Assembly (NCBI RefSeq): GCF_963676685.1 | Contig: NC_092344.1 | Coordinates: 37,634,001 to 37,698,000, forward strand | Source of the DNA: Mytilus edulis | Lineage: Eukaryota | Length of the DNA: 64,000 nt | Reading direction: 5' to 3' | Shown here: piece by piece, positions 22,481 through 34,650 of the stretch | How positions within the stretch are numbered: the stretch's first letter is position 1 | How the letters are laid out: each line of letters begins with the position of its first letter | Notes under the pieces: model-generated | What the model was told of the DNA's origin: nothing | The model's database searches: none | What the model saw: only the letters and a program-made list of their open reading frames with translations | Program-made: the position numbers and the translations under genes

Positions 22481-24735
22481 TCATGTAAACAATAATAAAA
22501 ATATAAACTTAAATATCAGCACCAAATAAATAGTAATAAGGAAAAAAAACAAAAGGCCAAATTAGCCTTGTATCAGTGAATTCTAAAAAATCATGGATTC
22601 ATCAAAATCTTTGTGGTAAAATTCTTATCGTAAAATCAGAAACATTTGCACAAACTTGTTATTGCATCATTGAACAATGTACAAAAATGTGAAGTAAAAC
22701 TATTGTGATGTCAATATATATGCAAATAATGCTATCAAAATTTATGAATCAAGTTTAGATTTTTAAGATCCTAAACAAGTAGTATTACCATGATTACATT
22801 GCATGAATTTATGAATCAACAGTAATTTATGTTTAATAGATGGAAATTTATTCCTGATGATGATTTAAATATACTCTGAAATATTCTTAATTTAGCCGAG
22901 TTTCAATGTTTTAAAAGAATTTTGTTTGCAAAAAAAAAATAACTGACAAGTAATTATAGGTACTACCACTGAACAAATGTGATACTATATTTCACCTCAC
23001 TAGACTGTCATGACTGTTAGTTTTTCAAATTTGAATATTAGAATTACTGAAATTTAGCTGTCAACATGGTCAAGGGCAGAGGAATATGATAAATGGGTCG
23101 TGAAATTATAAAGATAAAGATCATAAAATTCCAAAAATATACTTGTAATATAAAACTTATATAAGAAAATAAACAAATTGATGGATTACAAAGAGATTGT
23201 ATACAAAACTTTTAAAAAAAATGTATACATATGTACTAAATTAGAAGGTAACACATTTGTGAATCACAAGTACATTTTAATCTTAATTGCAATTCAATTT
23301 CAGTCCCTGAAGTATACGTGATTGAGGAAATACATGTTTGGTTGATAACATATTTGATGCTTTTAACATGTTTAGAAACAAGCTTATAGGAAATCAGTGT
23401 TTACTGAAAGCTTAAATCTGTTGCAAACATACCCAATAAAATCATAGCAAAAATGAGTACCTCATAAATGATATGAATTCAGAGTAATTAAATAAAAACA
23501 CAAAAAATTAAAACCTTAAGCTTGACATGTAACATTGTGTATATGAAAAAGAAGATGTGGCATGATTGCCAAATGACCCAACTCTCCACAAGAGACCAAA
23601 CGACCCAGAACAACTATATATAGGTCACTGTACCTCTAGATGCCTTTCTATTTCTTTATGAACAATGGTGTTGCCTTGTTTACAGCAAATTCTTACCATT
23701 TGTCAATTTTAAAGTAAGTTAAATTTTACAAAAAATATGGTAAATAAGTTTCTCCTACTAATTCACATTGATTACGAATTAATTATGCACAACTTAAATA
23801 AATTCTTATTTTTGAAGCATCCAGGTTTGCTCACTTTGCTGGTCAGATCAAATTAAGGGGTACATAGTTTATACCGGTAGTTTTTACTAATTATATAGGC
23901 AATAAACAAAAATTCTCTTGTTGACTAGTACATAATAACTACATATATTGAGATACTTGTATGTTTTTATACAATACATGCAATTGAATTACAATATTTG
24001 AAAACTATCTTATTTGCATTATCTTATCAAATCTAAATAATATATATATAATATCTGCTATGATCAGATGTAGAATAAGCATTTGATCAGATGAGCGGAG
24101 ATAATCATTTATTTCTTTTTTATTTTTACTAAAGGGAGATAAATCTTCGGTATCTTTTCATCAGTACAAAAGGGAGATTATAAATTTTCCAATTTCTTTT
24201 ATTTTTGTTCTTAACAAAAATGCTTAAGCAAATAACAATTGTAGCACCAATATGATTTGAGAGAAAAATAATACTCTTATTTCTCTTAAGTGGGAAAATT
24301 TATAATCAGTAAATGTTCAATCACTAATTGGCATACACAAAATTAAAAACTTAACATTGTCTATTTATTCTTTCAAAGCAGATGTGGAGAAATTTAATCA
24401 ACTGAACAAAAAAAAAAAGAATCAATGCTTAATGTATAGAAATTAAGATTTCTTAAAAATCTGTTTCAATATACATGAGAAAAGAGTTCTGGCACCATGA
24501 ATGGTTTATCATTAATTGTATAATAGCAGAACATTTTTGCCATATCAAGTTTTAATTTTCTACAAAATCATAGATGTATGATTGTCCTTCATCATGCAAA
24601 ATGAAAATATGAGAAGACCAGACAAAAGATGAACACTGCAGAGAGATGACACTAAAATCATATACGGTAAGGCCTTATACAAGTATCTAACAAATATGAA
24701 CACATTTAAATTGATTATCTGCTATAAAATATAAA

Positions 24736-27597
24736 TCATAATTTAGTATCATCATCAAGATTTCTGTCTGTTGGAGATTCATTTGACTTTTTGATTAAAG
24801 GCTTTTTGGATGAAGAATCATTATAAATGGCTGCCTCAGATTCTTCATATGAAAACATTGAATTACTTCTGTTCTGAAGAGGTGAAACCTCTTTTAAAAG
24901 TAAACTGTTGCAATTTCCTGAACTACAAGCTGAGAGATCACTTGGCAAGCTTCTTGTAGATCCTGAATTATGTATAAAGCTTCTTTCATATGCCTGTTCA
25001 AATTCCCACTCTAAACTATGAGTCAAATTTATAGAGGATAATGGTCTTGTTATATCAGTACCAAAAGTACCAACACTCATTTTTTCAAAGTCTATGCTGC
25101 GTTTAAAATTTTCTGTTGGTTCTGTATCACAACGATGAAGTTTTTGTGCACTTTCTACGGCATTCTCTTTATACATGTTATATCCTTTGTTAGAAATACC
25201 TGTATCACTAGAAACAGAATTGCGTTTTTCATTAATCATAGTTCCATGTATTAAATCTGGTAAACTGGTTCCAACTTCGGAACCAGTCACACTATCATCT
25301 TCAGCTTTAAATCTGACAACACCATCCCTTATTACAAGATGAGATTGTTCTTTTTTCAATGGACAATGTTTTTCTTCATTTTTGATATCAAAATTCACTA
25401 CAGTATGTTTCTTGTCGAAATCATCACTAAGCGCTATAGCATGAGAGTTTGCTGCAGAACTAGGTTCTGAGTCAATTAATTTTTCTTCCTGAGGAACACA
25501 AAATAAACGTTTGAACATTCCAGTAACAGTAGAAAATGTTTTATTTGAGCTTCTTCTACGGACCATAATTGGTTGTGATGCAACGTATACCATGAGGCAA
25601 CACATCAAAAATTCGACAAATCGTAACAAAAACTGATAAGAAAAGAATGGCCATGGCTCTGGAATGTGGCTATCAATATAAAGTCTATAAACGCCGAATA
25701 TTCCATACACTTCTAACATTACACAAAGTAATCCAAAAATAGCAGCAGCAAATGTTATTTTCACCGATGTATTTAAAGTGTATCTATTTTTACTTTTCTT
25801 CTTCATAGATCTACCATTAGTTTTGCCATCTTTACTTGCAAAACTTGCTTTGTATATACTTGCTGAGTTTTTATTTCGAAACATAGCTGCTAATCTTAAT
25901 TTGTTGAATATATGAAAATATCCTATGAATAAAACAGTTCCCCAAATGACATAGAAAAATTGACATACTAATAGCAATACTTGAGCACTGAAGAATAATC
26001 CAACTATAACAGATGTAGCGATGGACAGTGCAAAATGAAATGTTATAATTCCAATAAGTAACGAAAGTTTCTGTATCCTCGTAGAAACCACTTGAACCCT
26101 TGTTGCCAGCAACAGGGCATAGAATAAAATACTGAAAGCAGATGTCAAGCATGGATAGGCAGTACTGTAGAGAAAATAGTTCACAATCACGGGAAATGTA
26201 CCATTTCTGTTGTGAGCATCTATCACAAGGTACAGTCCTCTCAACAAACACTGAAGTGTAACTAAAACATTTAATGTCACAAAATAGTTCCTACTGAGTA
26301 AATGTTCGATACGCCACAATCGTATAATATTATAAACACTGTATAATCCAAGAAGTAAGAATATTACACCAAATAAGTATACAAGAAAGTCCCATCCCCA
26401 CTTGTATTCCTTCATAGCTAGGTCCCATTTTGGAACAGGTTCAGGAAAAGATTCAGATTCAGGTTCAGTTTCTGGTTCTGGTTCAGATGTAGTTTCAGGT
26501 TCTGATTCAGGTTCAGATGTAGTTTCAGGTTCTGATTCAGGTTCAGATGTAGCTTCAGGTTCTGATTCAGGTTCAGAAGTGGTTTCTGGTTCTGATTCAG
26601 GTTCAGAAGTGGTTTCTGGTTCTGATTCAGGTTCAGATGTAGTTTCTGGTTCTGATTCAGGTTCAGATGTAGCTTCAGGTTCTGACTTAGGTTCAGAAGT
26701 TGTTTCTGGTTCTGACTTAAGTTCAGATGTAGTTTCTGGTTCTGACTTAGGTTCAGAAGTCGTTTCTGGTTCTGATTGAGGTTCAGATGTTGTTTCTGGT
26801 TCTGACTTAGGTTCAGATGTAGTTTCTGGTTCTGACTTAGGTTCAGAAGTTGTTTCAGGTTCTGATTCAGGTTCAGAAGTTGTTTCAGGTTCTGACTTAG
26901 GTTCAGATGTAATTTCTGGTTCTGACTTAGGTTCAGAAGTTGTTTCTGGTTCTGACTTAGGTTCAGATGTAGTTTCTGGTTCTGACTTAGGTTCAGTTGT
27001 ACTATTTATATACAATACAGTTTTACTATTATTTATAGGTTGTGCTGATGACTCAGGTGTAGTTTCTGGTTCTGATTTAGGTTCAGATGAAGTGTCAGGT
27101 TCTGACTTAGGTTCAGATGTAGTTTCTGGTTCTGATTTAGGTTCAGATGAGGTTTCTGGTTCGGATTCAGGTTCAGAAGTTGTTTCTGGTTCTGACTTAG
27201 GTTCAGTTGTACTATTTATATACAACACAGTGTCAGTGTTATTTATAGATTGTGCTGACGACTCAGGTGTAGTTTCTGGTTCAGCAATAGGTTCATTTGA
27301 AGATTTAGCATTCAAAATGTCTTCACTTTTACTTACAGTTGTAGAAAAGTCATTTGAATCGCTTGTATAATTCCCAGAAAAATTTTGCTGAACGTTCCTG
27401 ATGTGGACATTTTCAAAATCAAGAATTTTGGCGGAATTTTCTTTACTCACATCTCTCTTAAACCTTACGTGTCTATCAAATGCTTCATTAATGTAACTAG
27501 GTTTAAATGACTGGCAGTAAATTACGCCACTGACCACAAATAGCAAAAATCCAAATATTCCAATACATAGAGGTACGATTGTCTTTTTCTGACGCAT
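24736..27597 (-). CDS. PRRT3/PRRT4-like (proline-rich transmembrane protein) 7-TM protein, paralog A, 953 aa, single coding exon
   Basis: N-terminal hydrophobic segment, RFKR furin-type site, EP(K/E)SEPETTS repeat stalk, seven hydrophobic helices with LRGLYLVID and LYSTAYPCLTSAFS motifs that resemble PRRT3/4, and a Ser-rich tail ending DTKL. The family call is from recognition, not a search. Confidence 0.85.
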   Translation of the reverse strand: MRQKKTIVPLCIGIFGFLLFVVSGVIYCQSFKPSYINEAFDRHVRFKRDVSKENSAKILDFENVHIRNVQQNFSGNYTSDSNDFSTTVSKSEDILNAKSSNEPIAEPETTPESSAQSINNTDTVLYINSTTEPKSEPETTSEPESEPETSSEPKSEPETTSEPKSEPDTSSEPKSEPETTPESSAQPINNSKTVLYINSTTEPKSEPETTSEPKSEPETTSEPKSEPEITSEPKSEPETTSEPESEPETTSEPKSEPETTSEPKSEPETTSEPQSEPETTSEPKSEPETTSELKSEPETTSEPKSEPEATSEPESEPETTSEPESEPETTSEPESEPETTSEPESEPEATSEPESEPETTSEPESEPETTSEPEPETEPESESFPEPVPKWDLAMKEYKWGWDFLVYLFGVIFLLLGLYSVYNIIRLWRIEHLLSRNYFVTLNVLVTLQCLLRGLYLVIDAHNRNGTFPVIVNYFLYSTAYPCLTSAFSILFYALLLATRVQVVSTRIQKLSLLIGIITFHFALSIATSVIVGLFFSAQVLLLVCQFFYVIWGTVLFIGYFHIFNKLRLAAMFRNKNSASIYKASFASKDGKTNGRSMKKKSKNRYTLNTSVKITFAAAIFGLLCVMLEVYGIFGVYRLYIDSHIPEPWPFFSYQFLLRFVEFLMCCLMVYVASQPIMVRRRSSNKTFSTVTGMFKRLFCVPQEEKLIDSEPSSAANSHAIALSDDFDKKHTVVNFDIKNEEKHCPLKKEQSHLVIRDGVVRFKAEDDSVTGSEVGTSLPDLIHGTMINEKRNSVSSDTGISNKGYNMYKENAVESAQKLHRCDTEPTENFKRSIDFEKMSVGTFGTDITRPLSSINLTHSLEWEFEQAYERSFIHNSGSTRSLPSDLSACSSGNCNSLLLKEVSPLQNRSNSMFSYEESEAAIYNDSSSKKPLIKKSNESPTDRNLDDDTKL
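26455..27290 (-). repeat. Coding 30-nt tandem repeat (EP[K/E]SEPETTS) with a 210-nt block duplication
   Basis: 30-nt periodicity is visible. The ESSAQ.INN..TVLYINSTT spacer occurs twice, 210 nt apart. Confidence 0.95.
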
Positions 27598-30500
27598 TGT
27601 ATTTTGATTAAGATACTATGATATTTTCTCCTGGTATAAGATCCGAAGTTTCGTCATAATTTCAATTTTCTCCACAGTGTAAGTTTTCTTATTCAGGTTT
27701 CTTCACATGAATTGTTCAAGTTGTTGGTAGATTCTGAAAAATTAAGAAACTTTATCAATACATACAGAAGCTTTGGGTAATTGAGTTTCAATATGCAATA
27801 ATTTCATAAATTTACTATTCAGTGAATAATGTTTCAATCTAAATTAATGTCATCTAATATACTGGATCATATTGTATTTGATTTTACATTATTCCGCAAA
27901 TGTTTAAAATTCAATATTATAGGGAGCAATCAATCAAAAACAAATGTTACACAATACATGCTATAGTAAAATATCATATTTCAAATATCAATATTTCATG
28001 GAACAGTTCTTGGCACCATATGTAGCTAATATCGAAAAGCAAACCAACCAGAATTTGGACTTGATGGAGACTGTTTTGTAAACCTCTGGCAATTTAGAGT
28101 GTGACATATAGTACATGTGTAGACAATGGTCCATTGATGAAGACTGTATGTTGACATTGAGATGTCTATTGGTTGCCTTTTTGTATTGTTTGTATACATT
28201 GTAATCAATCCAAAGTATAATTAATTTGATTTGAATATTTCAAATCAAATTACGTATACTCTGGAGTAAGATACATAACATGTCTGTTTTGAAACAACTA
28301 CTGACATCAAATTTCCAATATAAGTATGTTGGAAATGTATAGATTAGTGCAATATACTTTTTGAACATTTGTTTTCCAATTATATAAATTATACTTTACT
28401 GGTCACAGATTAATATACTGTATCACTTATTTTTCAACTAAAATAATATAAAAATTGTATCAAAAACTTGATATAACACAACTTTGAATACTAGTAGGTT
28501 TTTTTCACATTAAGAATCCTACTTTATGTTAACATAATGTAACTTTACCTTTTTTGTGTTCATGTAAATTTTAAGCAAAGTGATAAAATTACATTGCAGG
28601 ATAAAAAAGTGCCAAGTTTTTATGTGTCAAACGTAAAAATCTTTTTGTATGAGTACATTTAGTATTCATTTAACTGATTTTAATCACCTACGAACTTCCT
28701 GTAGTAATGTGTGGTTCCTGTTTCAATAATCCTAGATTAAGGGGTCATAATGTATGTTTAGATATGAGATCTTATGATAAATAGGTATCATTTTTTTAAC
28801 TGTGAAGTTAAATACAGAAACCACACTCTAATTACTAATGTTTTTTTTAAAGATAAGGGGAAGTAACTTAGGAAGAGACCCATTATTTGAAATAAAATCA
28901 GTTTATTAAAAAGCTGCAACTTAGACAGAGCTTATCTCTATTCAAAACAAAATCTGCTGGTTCATAGTGACTTCATGTCTCCTTATATTTCATTTCAATA
29001 CATGTTACTAGAACATAGTTGTTATAAAATGTGTCAAAAATGTGACAGTTTTGTTGATTAGGAAAAAGGATGGGTTTTATCTTGACTTGTAAAAATGTTT
29101 ATCAAAGATGCTGATTTCATTTCTATCTATTTGTTTAAGAAGAAGAAAAAAAATACAGCAAGAACCTATCACTATTTTATTTTTTGTATATTGACTAAAA
29201 TCAATCCATTTTTTTTTAATCATAACTGACTAAAAACACATATATTTACTTCCTTTCTTGTGGTCATTTGACCTTCTCATTGACAAAGAACTTTATAAAC
29301 TGTAACAAGTCATGTAATATAGCAATAAATATGGAAAATTGAAAGCTACCAACACTAATTAAGTTTTTGTGATAGCATAATCATTTTCAAACAACTGTAT
29401 TACTGTATAAATGTTTAAATTGCATGATCAAAATTTAGGTATGTTCATTTCAGTATTTTGGCCTTTTAAAAATCATAAGGGTCCTTTGTCAATTTACTGT
29501 TGAAAAAAATGTGGAATAAAACTAAAAACTTTTAGAATACACTTTTCTAACAAAAAATTGACATTGAAAAATATGAGTACCAAGTTGCTTAAAAAATTCT
29601 CTCGATCTTGAATCAAAGATTAAATTTGTGATGTTGACATACCTGATATTTTTTTCAATGGATGAACTTTTTACAGGAAATAAAAACAGGAAAGAGTACT
29701 GGTAGCAAATACAAAATATTTACATTATTTCTGCCTCTGGTGATAATCATCAAGCTTCTTAAAAAAGTGTCAAACTACTTAAAAAATGTCTGAATTAATT
29801 GTCCAATCATATGATCATTGAATAGAATGTCCAGCTTAGGTCAATTGCCACCAGCTGTGAGAAGTCTTGTGGTCATTTATCTTAATTACCAGGGAATCAT
29901 ACATAATTAGGGTGGTGTCAATATTTAATAATCAAAATTATCATAATCAAAATTATCAATATTTCTGTAATAATTGCTTATAAAAACCTTTTTAATATTC
30001 GTCTGACCTATGGGGCACTAATTGATTAGCAGTACGTAATCATATTAAAATAATCACTGCAAATTGAAGAATACAATATTTCCCCCACTAAAATATAGAT
30101 TAATTTTTTTAATCTTAAAATGGATTTTTTTTTAAATCTTATTGATTGATTTATTCATGTGATCTATAACACCACTGTAAGCAGCTATATTATTGCAGCC
30201 AGTTTTTATTGGGAGAGGAAGCAAGAGTGGTTTGAGGAAACAACAGACCCTATGCCCGTTGAAAATGTAATTTTTTGTACCCTTTGTAATTATGATGATA
30301 AAAAGTGTCTGTTATGGTTTTAAATGACATACTATGTTCAAATATAGTTCTTTCGATTCATAGGATGATTTTACTTTTTCAATCAATGAAAAAAACAGAA
30401 AACAAAAAATTGTTGCAACCAGTGACAATCGAATGGAAAACAATCAAACCATAAACTTGTTTCAACAAATATTTATTTATTTTTACACATGGTCTTCTAA

Positions 30501-32237
30501 GGTCTGCACTTTCAACTACAATATCTGAGTTTATATCTTTGTTTCAGAGAACAGATGTACCAAGATTCACATGTGATTTAGTTTAAGAAGGAATTAAGCA
30601 TCTGACGTGTTAGTTAAGTACCCTAATCTGTGTAAATTATCATAAAGGTCTAAAAAGGTTAAAAACTGTTCTTTCCTACCAAAAAAGGGTAAAATTTACC
30701 GAGTTTGTAATAACTTGAGCAACATGACAGGTGCCATATGTTGAAGAGGATCTGCAGACCCTTCCAGAGCACCTGATATCACCCCCAGTTTTTGGTGGGG
30801 TACATGTTGCTTAGTCTTTAGTTTTTTATGTTGTATCTTGTGTACTTTTATTTGTCTGTTTGTCTTTTTTTTTAAGCCATGGCGGTCAGTTTATTTTCAA
30901 TCTATGAGTTTGATATTCCTCTTGTATCTTTTGCCCCCTCTTTTTAAAGCAAAAAAAAATAATTAAATATTTAAATGGTAAATATTTTTTTATAAACTTA
31001 CCCTTAGATTTTTTCACTTTAAGTCAGCTCTAAATGAAATCCTGTAAGAAAAACATAACTATGTAAAAAAATATCCATATAACAGTGTCAAAATATTTAC
31101 TATGACAAGTTACAAATGTTTACTGGCTGACCTTACAGTTATGCTTGAGTGATGTTGTGTAAGGTTGATGGGCCTGACATAATGTTACTCTCAATCTGTC
31201 AATCACAAATTAAAATATTTACATCATAGTCTGGGTAATAGTATGTACAAGGAAAAGAGATGTGACATTTTTATTTTGTTTTTATTCTTCATGTACTGAA
31301 GGTATGTGGGAAAGACAGAAAAATAAAGGCTTTGTTTTGGGAGGGACTATGAACTGAAATTCCATTTGTATTATCGCTGAATTATAATTAAAATTAGACC
31401 CACATTTTTTTAGGTGGATCCTCCAAGATTCTCAAATTTCTTGAAATATGTGACAAAATCCGATATATTAACTACCATATATATACGGGTAAATAGATTT
31501 GACCTCAGCAATTTGTAAAATACCACATATTTATAACAAGTTAAATTTTCACAATATGTTCTCAAAGAGATTCATAATACATCATAACATGTAGGGACAC
31601 TTTAAAAGGATTCTTTTTTGGTAAACTGCACAGAAATATCATGCTGGTCTATCTGTCAAGTGACATCAGAAATAAACTCAAACTTTAAAATTATTATTTT
31701 TTTTGTGTAAAAAAAAATGTTTTTTCTTTTTCACCTGCCATGAGAGGGGATGGGGTGGGGTGGGGGTGTTGGAGAGGTCCTGATCCCTAAATCCTGGACT
31801 TAAAAACATTAAAATCTTAAATCCAGACATCCCAAAATTCCCAAATCCACGAAAGGATCATTCCCAAAATCCTGAGCTTAAAAACACACAATCCTGAAGT
31901 CCCAATAAAGGTCCTAACCCCCCTCCTCACTATTTACTGAAGCAGAGACTACAGTGTTTTATTAAATGATATGAGCAAATAAGCCCTAATACGTAAAAAT
32001 CAGCATGTGCAATACTGCAAACTTTTCACTCTCAATATAAATCAAGATTTAATATTGCTCTTTGAACAGGGCCAATTAAAAAAAAAACGGAAAAAAAGCT
32101 GTATTGGCCCTGTATTGATCACGTTTTTTTAAAGAAAAACAGGGCCAATACGGGCCAATACAGAAAAAGGCGGGAAAAAAGCTGTATTGGCCCTTTATTG
32201 ATTACAGTTTTTAATTTTCTTATAATCATTTAATAAA

Positions 32238-32385
32238 AGTGTTATTAGCTGGCTGTTTCTGTATTGGCACTGGTATAGATTCTCGGTCAGCTGTATTGGC
32301 CCTCGACCCTACGTGTCTCGAGGCCAATACAGCAAACCTTGAATCTTTACCAGTGCCAATACAGAAACAGCCAGTTAATAACACT
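32238..32385. repeat. Long palindrome (~68-bp arms) preceded by TGTATTGGCCC/GGGCCAATACA repeats (32060-32200)
   Basis: AGTGTTATTAGCTGGCTGTTTCTGTATTGGCACTGGTA... pairs with ...TACCAGTGCCAATACAGAAACAGCCAGTTAATAACACT. Confidence 0.9.
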
Positions 32386-33269
32386 ATAATAGTAATCACA
32401 ACCTGAAGAAAGTACAGAAAATTGAAATAACTACCATACTATACTAAATCCCACTATAGCCATAAATCAACCATAATGAAAAATCATCATTCATTAACCT
32501 TTTGTCCATACTAATATATTTTGGCCATTGTTATTTGCAGGTGTTGAAAAAAAAAATGTGAAGTTTATCCTCATTTTTCACCTTGGCTAATTGTTTCCTG
32601 CCTAATCAATCAATCTGACAACTTTCCATGTTCATTTGATTTAATTTACAGCTGTTTATTGTTTTTAACAAAAAAAGTAACTTTTTTTTTTTATACATAA
32701 AGAAAATTAAATAAGCATTAAATAACATATAAAATGGTCATTCTTTGGTGAAAAACATATTTCCTGATTAACTTATTACATTGTAAATATCCTTTTATTG
32801 GTATAAATTTTAACACCATAAAAACGTGACAGTTTTACATAATTCCTTAATCCTCACGTAAATATTATAATTTTTATTATATTTTACAATTTTGGTTTAA
32901 AACACTTAAAAGTTGTCCTGGTTTTATTTTATACCTTATCTATTTACCTTAAATTTATCCATTTTTATCAACTAATATTTTAAGTAAAGAATAATCAGAT
33001 ATAAAGTTACTTTATTATAAATATGAGGAAGCTTAATAAATAAATATATGTTCATTTTTATTTCCTGAATAAAATGCCTTGCATGTATGCATGCACATAT
33101 GAAGAAAAAAACCTTTCAATTCAGTATATATATTTCAAAATATGATATAAACCCAAGATGTTTCAATATTTAAAATTTATGATATGCTATACAACTAATT
33201 CCTTCACAGTCTCAATTCCAAAAAATTGTGCAGAGCATCAGTTTACAAAGTAGTAGTTTGTTTAAGTGT

Positions 33270-33493
33270 TACATATTTGTTTTCATTCATTTTTTGTACA
33301 TAAATTAGGCCGTTAGTTATCTTGTTTGAAATGTTTTACATTTCTTATTTCAGGGCCTTTTAAAGCTGACTGTGGTTTAGGCTTTGCTCATTATTGAAGG
33401 CCGTAAGGTGACCTATAGTTGTTAATTTCTGTGTCATGTGGTCTCTAGTGGAGAGTTGTCTTATTGGCATTCATACCACATCTTCTTTTTTAT
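33270..33493 (+). mobile_element. High-copy SINE-like dispersed repeat; other fragments near 3059-3158(+), 7770-7850(-), 23546-23632(-), 37258-37292(-), 43954-44058(+)
   Basis: Shared GGTGACCTATAGTTGTTAATTTCTGTGTCAT...GGAGAGTTGTCT..TTGGCA.TCATACCACATCTTC in at least 6 places. Confidence 0.7.
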
Positions 33494-34401
33494 ATTGAAG
33501 CCTAAATTAGGAAAACAACAAATATGAAATAAACAAATGACATGTATAGCAGAAAATTTCCTGTAGATCTTTTTAGAAGAGAGTAAACTCCTGCATTAAG
33601 AATGAGATTACATTAACATCTCTATATTATTTTAGTTTTAGCTTATTTATTTTTAAAACAGCATTTAAATTAACTAAACAGATTAAAGTTTTCAAAGTAT
33701 TAAATTTAAAACTATAAAACTAGATAAGTATTTCTTTACTTTGACATCTAAATATAAAATTTTACCTTAAAGCAGGACAACCTACCCTGATATATTTTTG
33801 TGATATTTGTGTACTAAAATTCTCTAGAAATACACCTTGTCATTTGAAGGATTAATAGACCATGACTTTGTCAATACAATGGGTGTTCAACTGTCTCTCC
33901 AATACCTGCAAGCAAAACACATAAAAACTGATACAGCTTAGTTCAAATATTTTAATGGTTTATGATGTACTTTAAATGAACATGAATATATTAGTTGTTT
34001 TTATCAGAATCCCATAAATGTCATCAGAAAAGTATTTAGGAATTTACACTCTGCACCAGTTAAAACTTTTTAAAATTAAATTTATATAAGAAAAATGTTG
34101 GTCACAACGACATAAACTGTTACTAAATAGCTTTAGACTAAATTAGGCTAATGTAATAGCTAACATTTCATTGATATATGTACCCATAGCATGCATAGGT
34201 TATTTCTTAAGAAACAAAACAGTCTTCAAAGCTAACTTACAAATCACTCAAGTGTGAATTGTAAGCTGTGGTGTAGACAAAAGTGACCAACATGAGCCTT
34301 TATATTCTTGCAATTGAAAGATATTGTGAAGTGATATTAGATATTAGTGTCGTATCACTGATACATTATAAAAAATTAAGATGATGGATGGAAGTGCTTA
34401 A

Positions 34402-34650
34402 GGTGGTACCTAACACTATAACTAAAATTAATTTGGCTCGTTTTCTTTTCTTAAAATTTTGATAAAGTATTTACTTTGACCCTTTGACAAAAATATAAAA
34501 ATTTCAAAAAATTTGAACCAACTGTTTAATCAGAAAAATTACACTGGTTATATTGCAGTTTGACAAACACTTATTTTGATCATTGAGAAGCTTAATATTC
34601 CCTCATGAACACAATGTCATTAAAACGTGCTGCTGATTTTACAGAGTTAT
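34402..34650. mobile_element. TTAA-GGTGGTAC MITE fragment; inverted relative at 8015..~9070 hosts the 8134..8979 insertion
   Basis: Same terminus TTAAGGTGGTAC.TAACACTA at 8011 and 34398. The internal GCAGTTTGACAAACACTTA.TTTGATCATTG is the reverse complement of 8101-8131. Confidence 0.6.

Noticed and set aside
25871-27370. Overlapping and antisense ORFs in paralog A (25871..26251, 26402..26779, 27092..27370)
   Set aside because: Shadow ORFs of the real CDS and its repeat.
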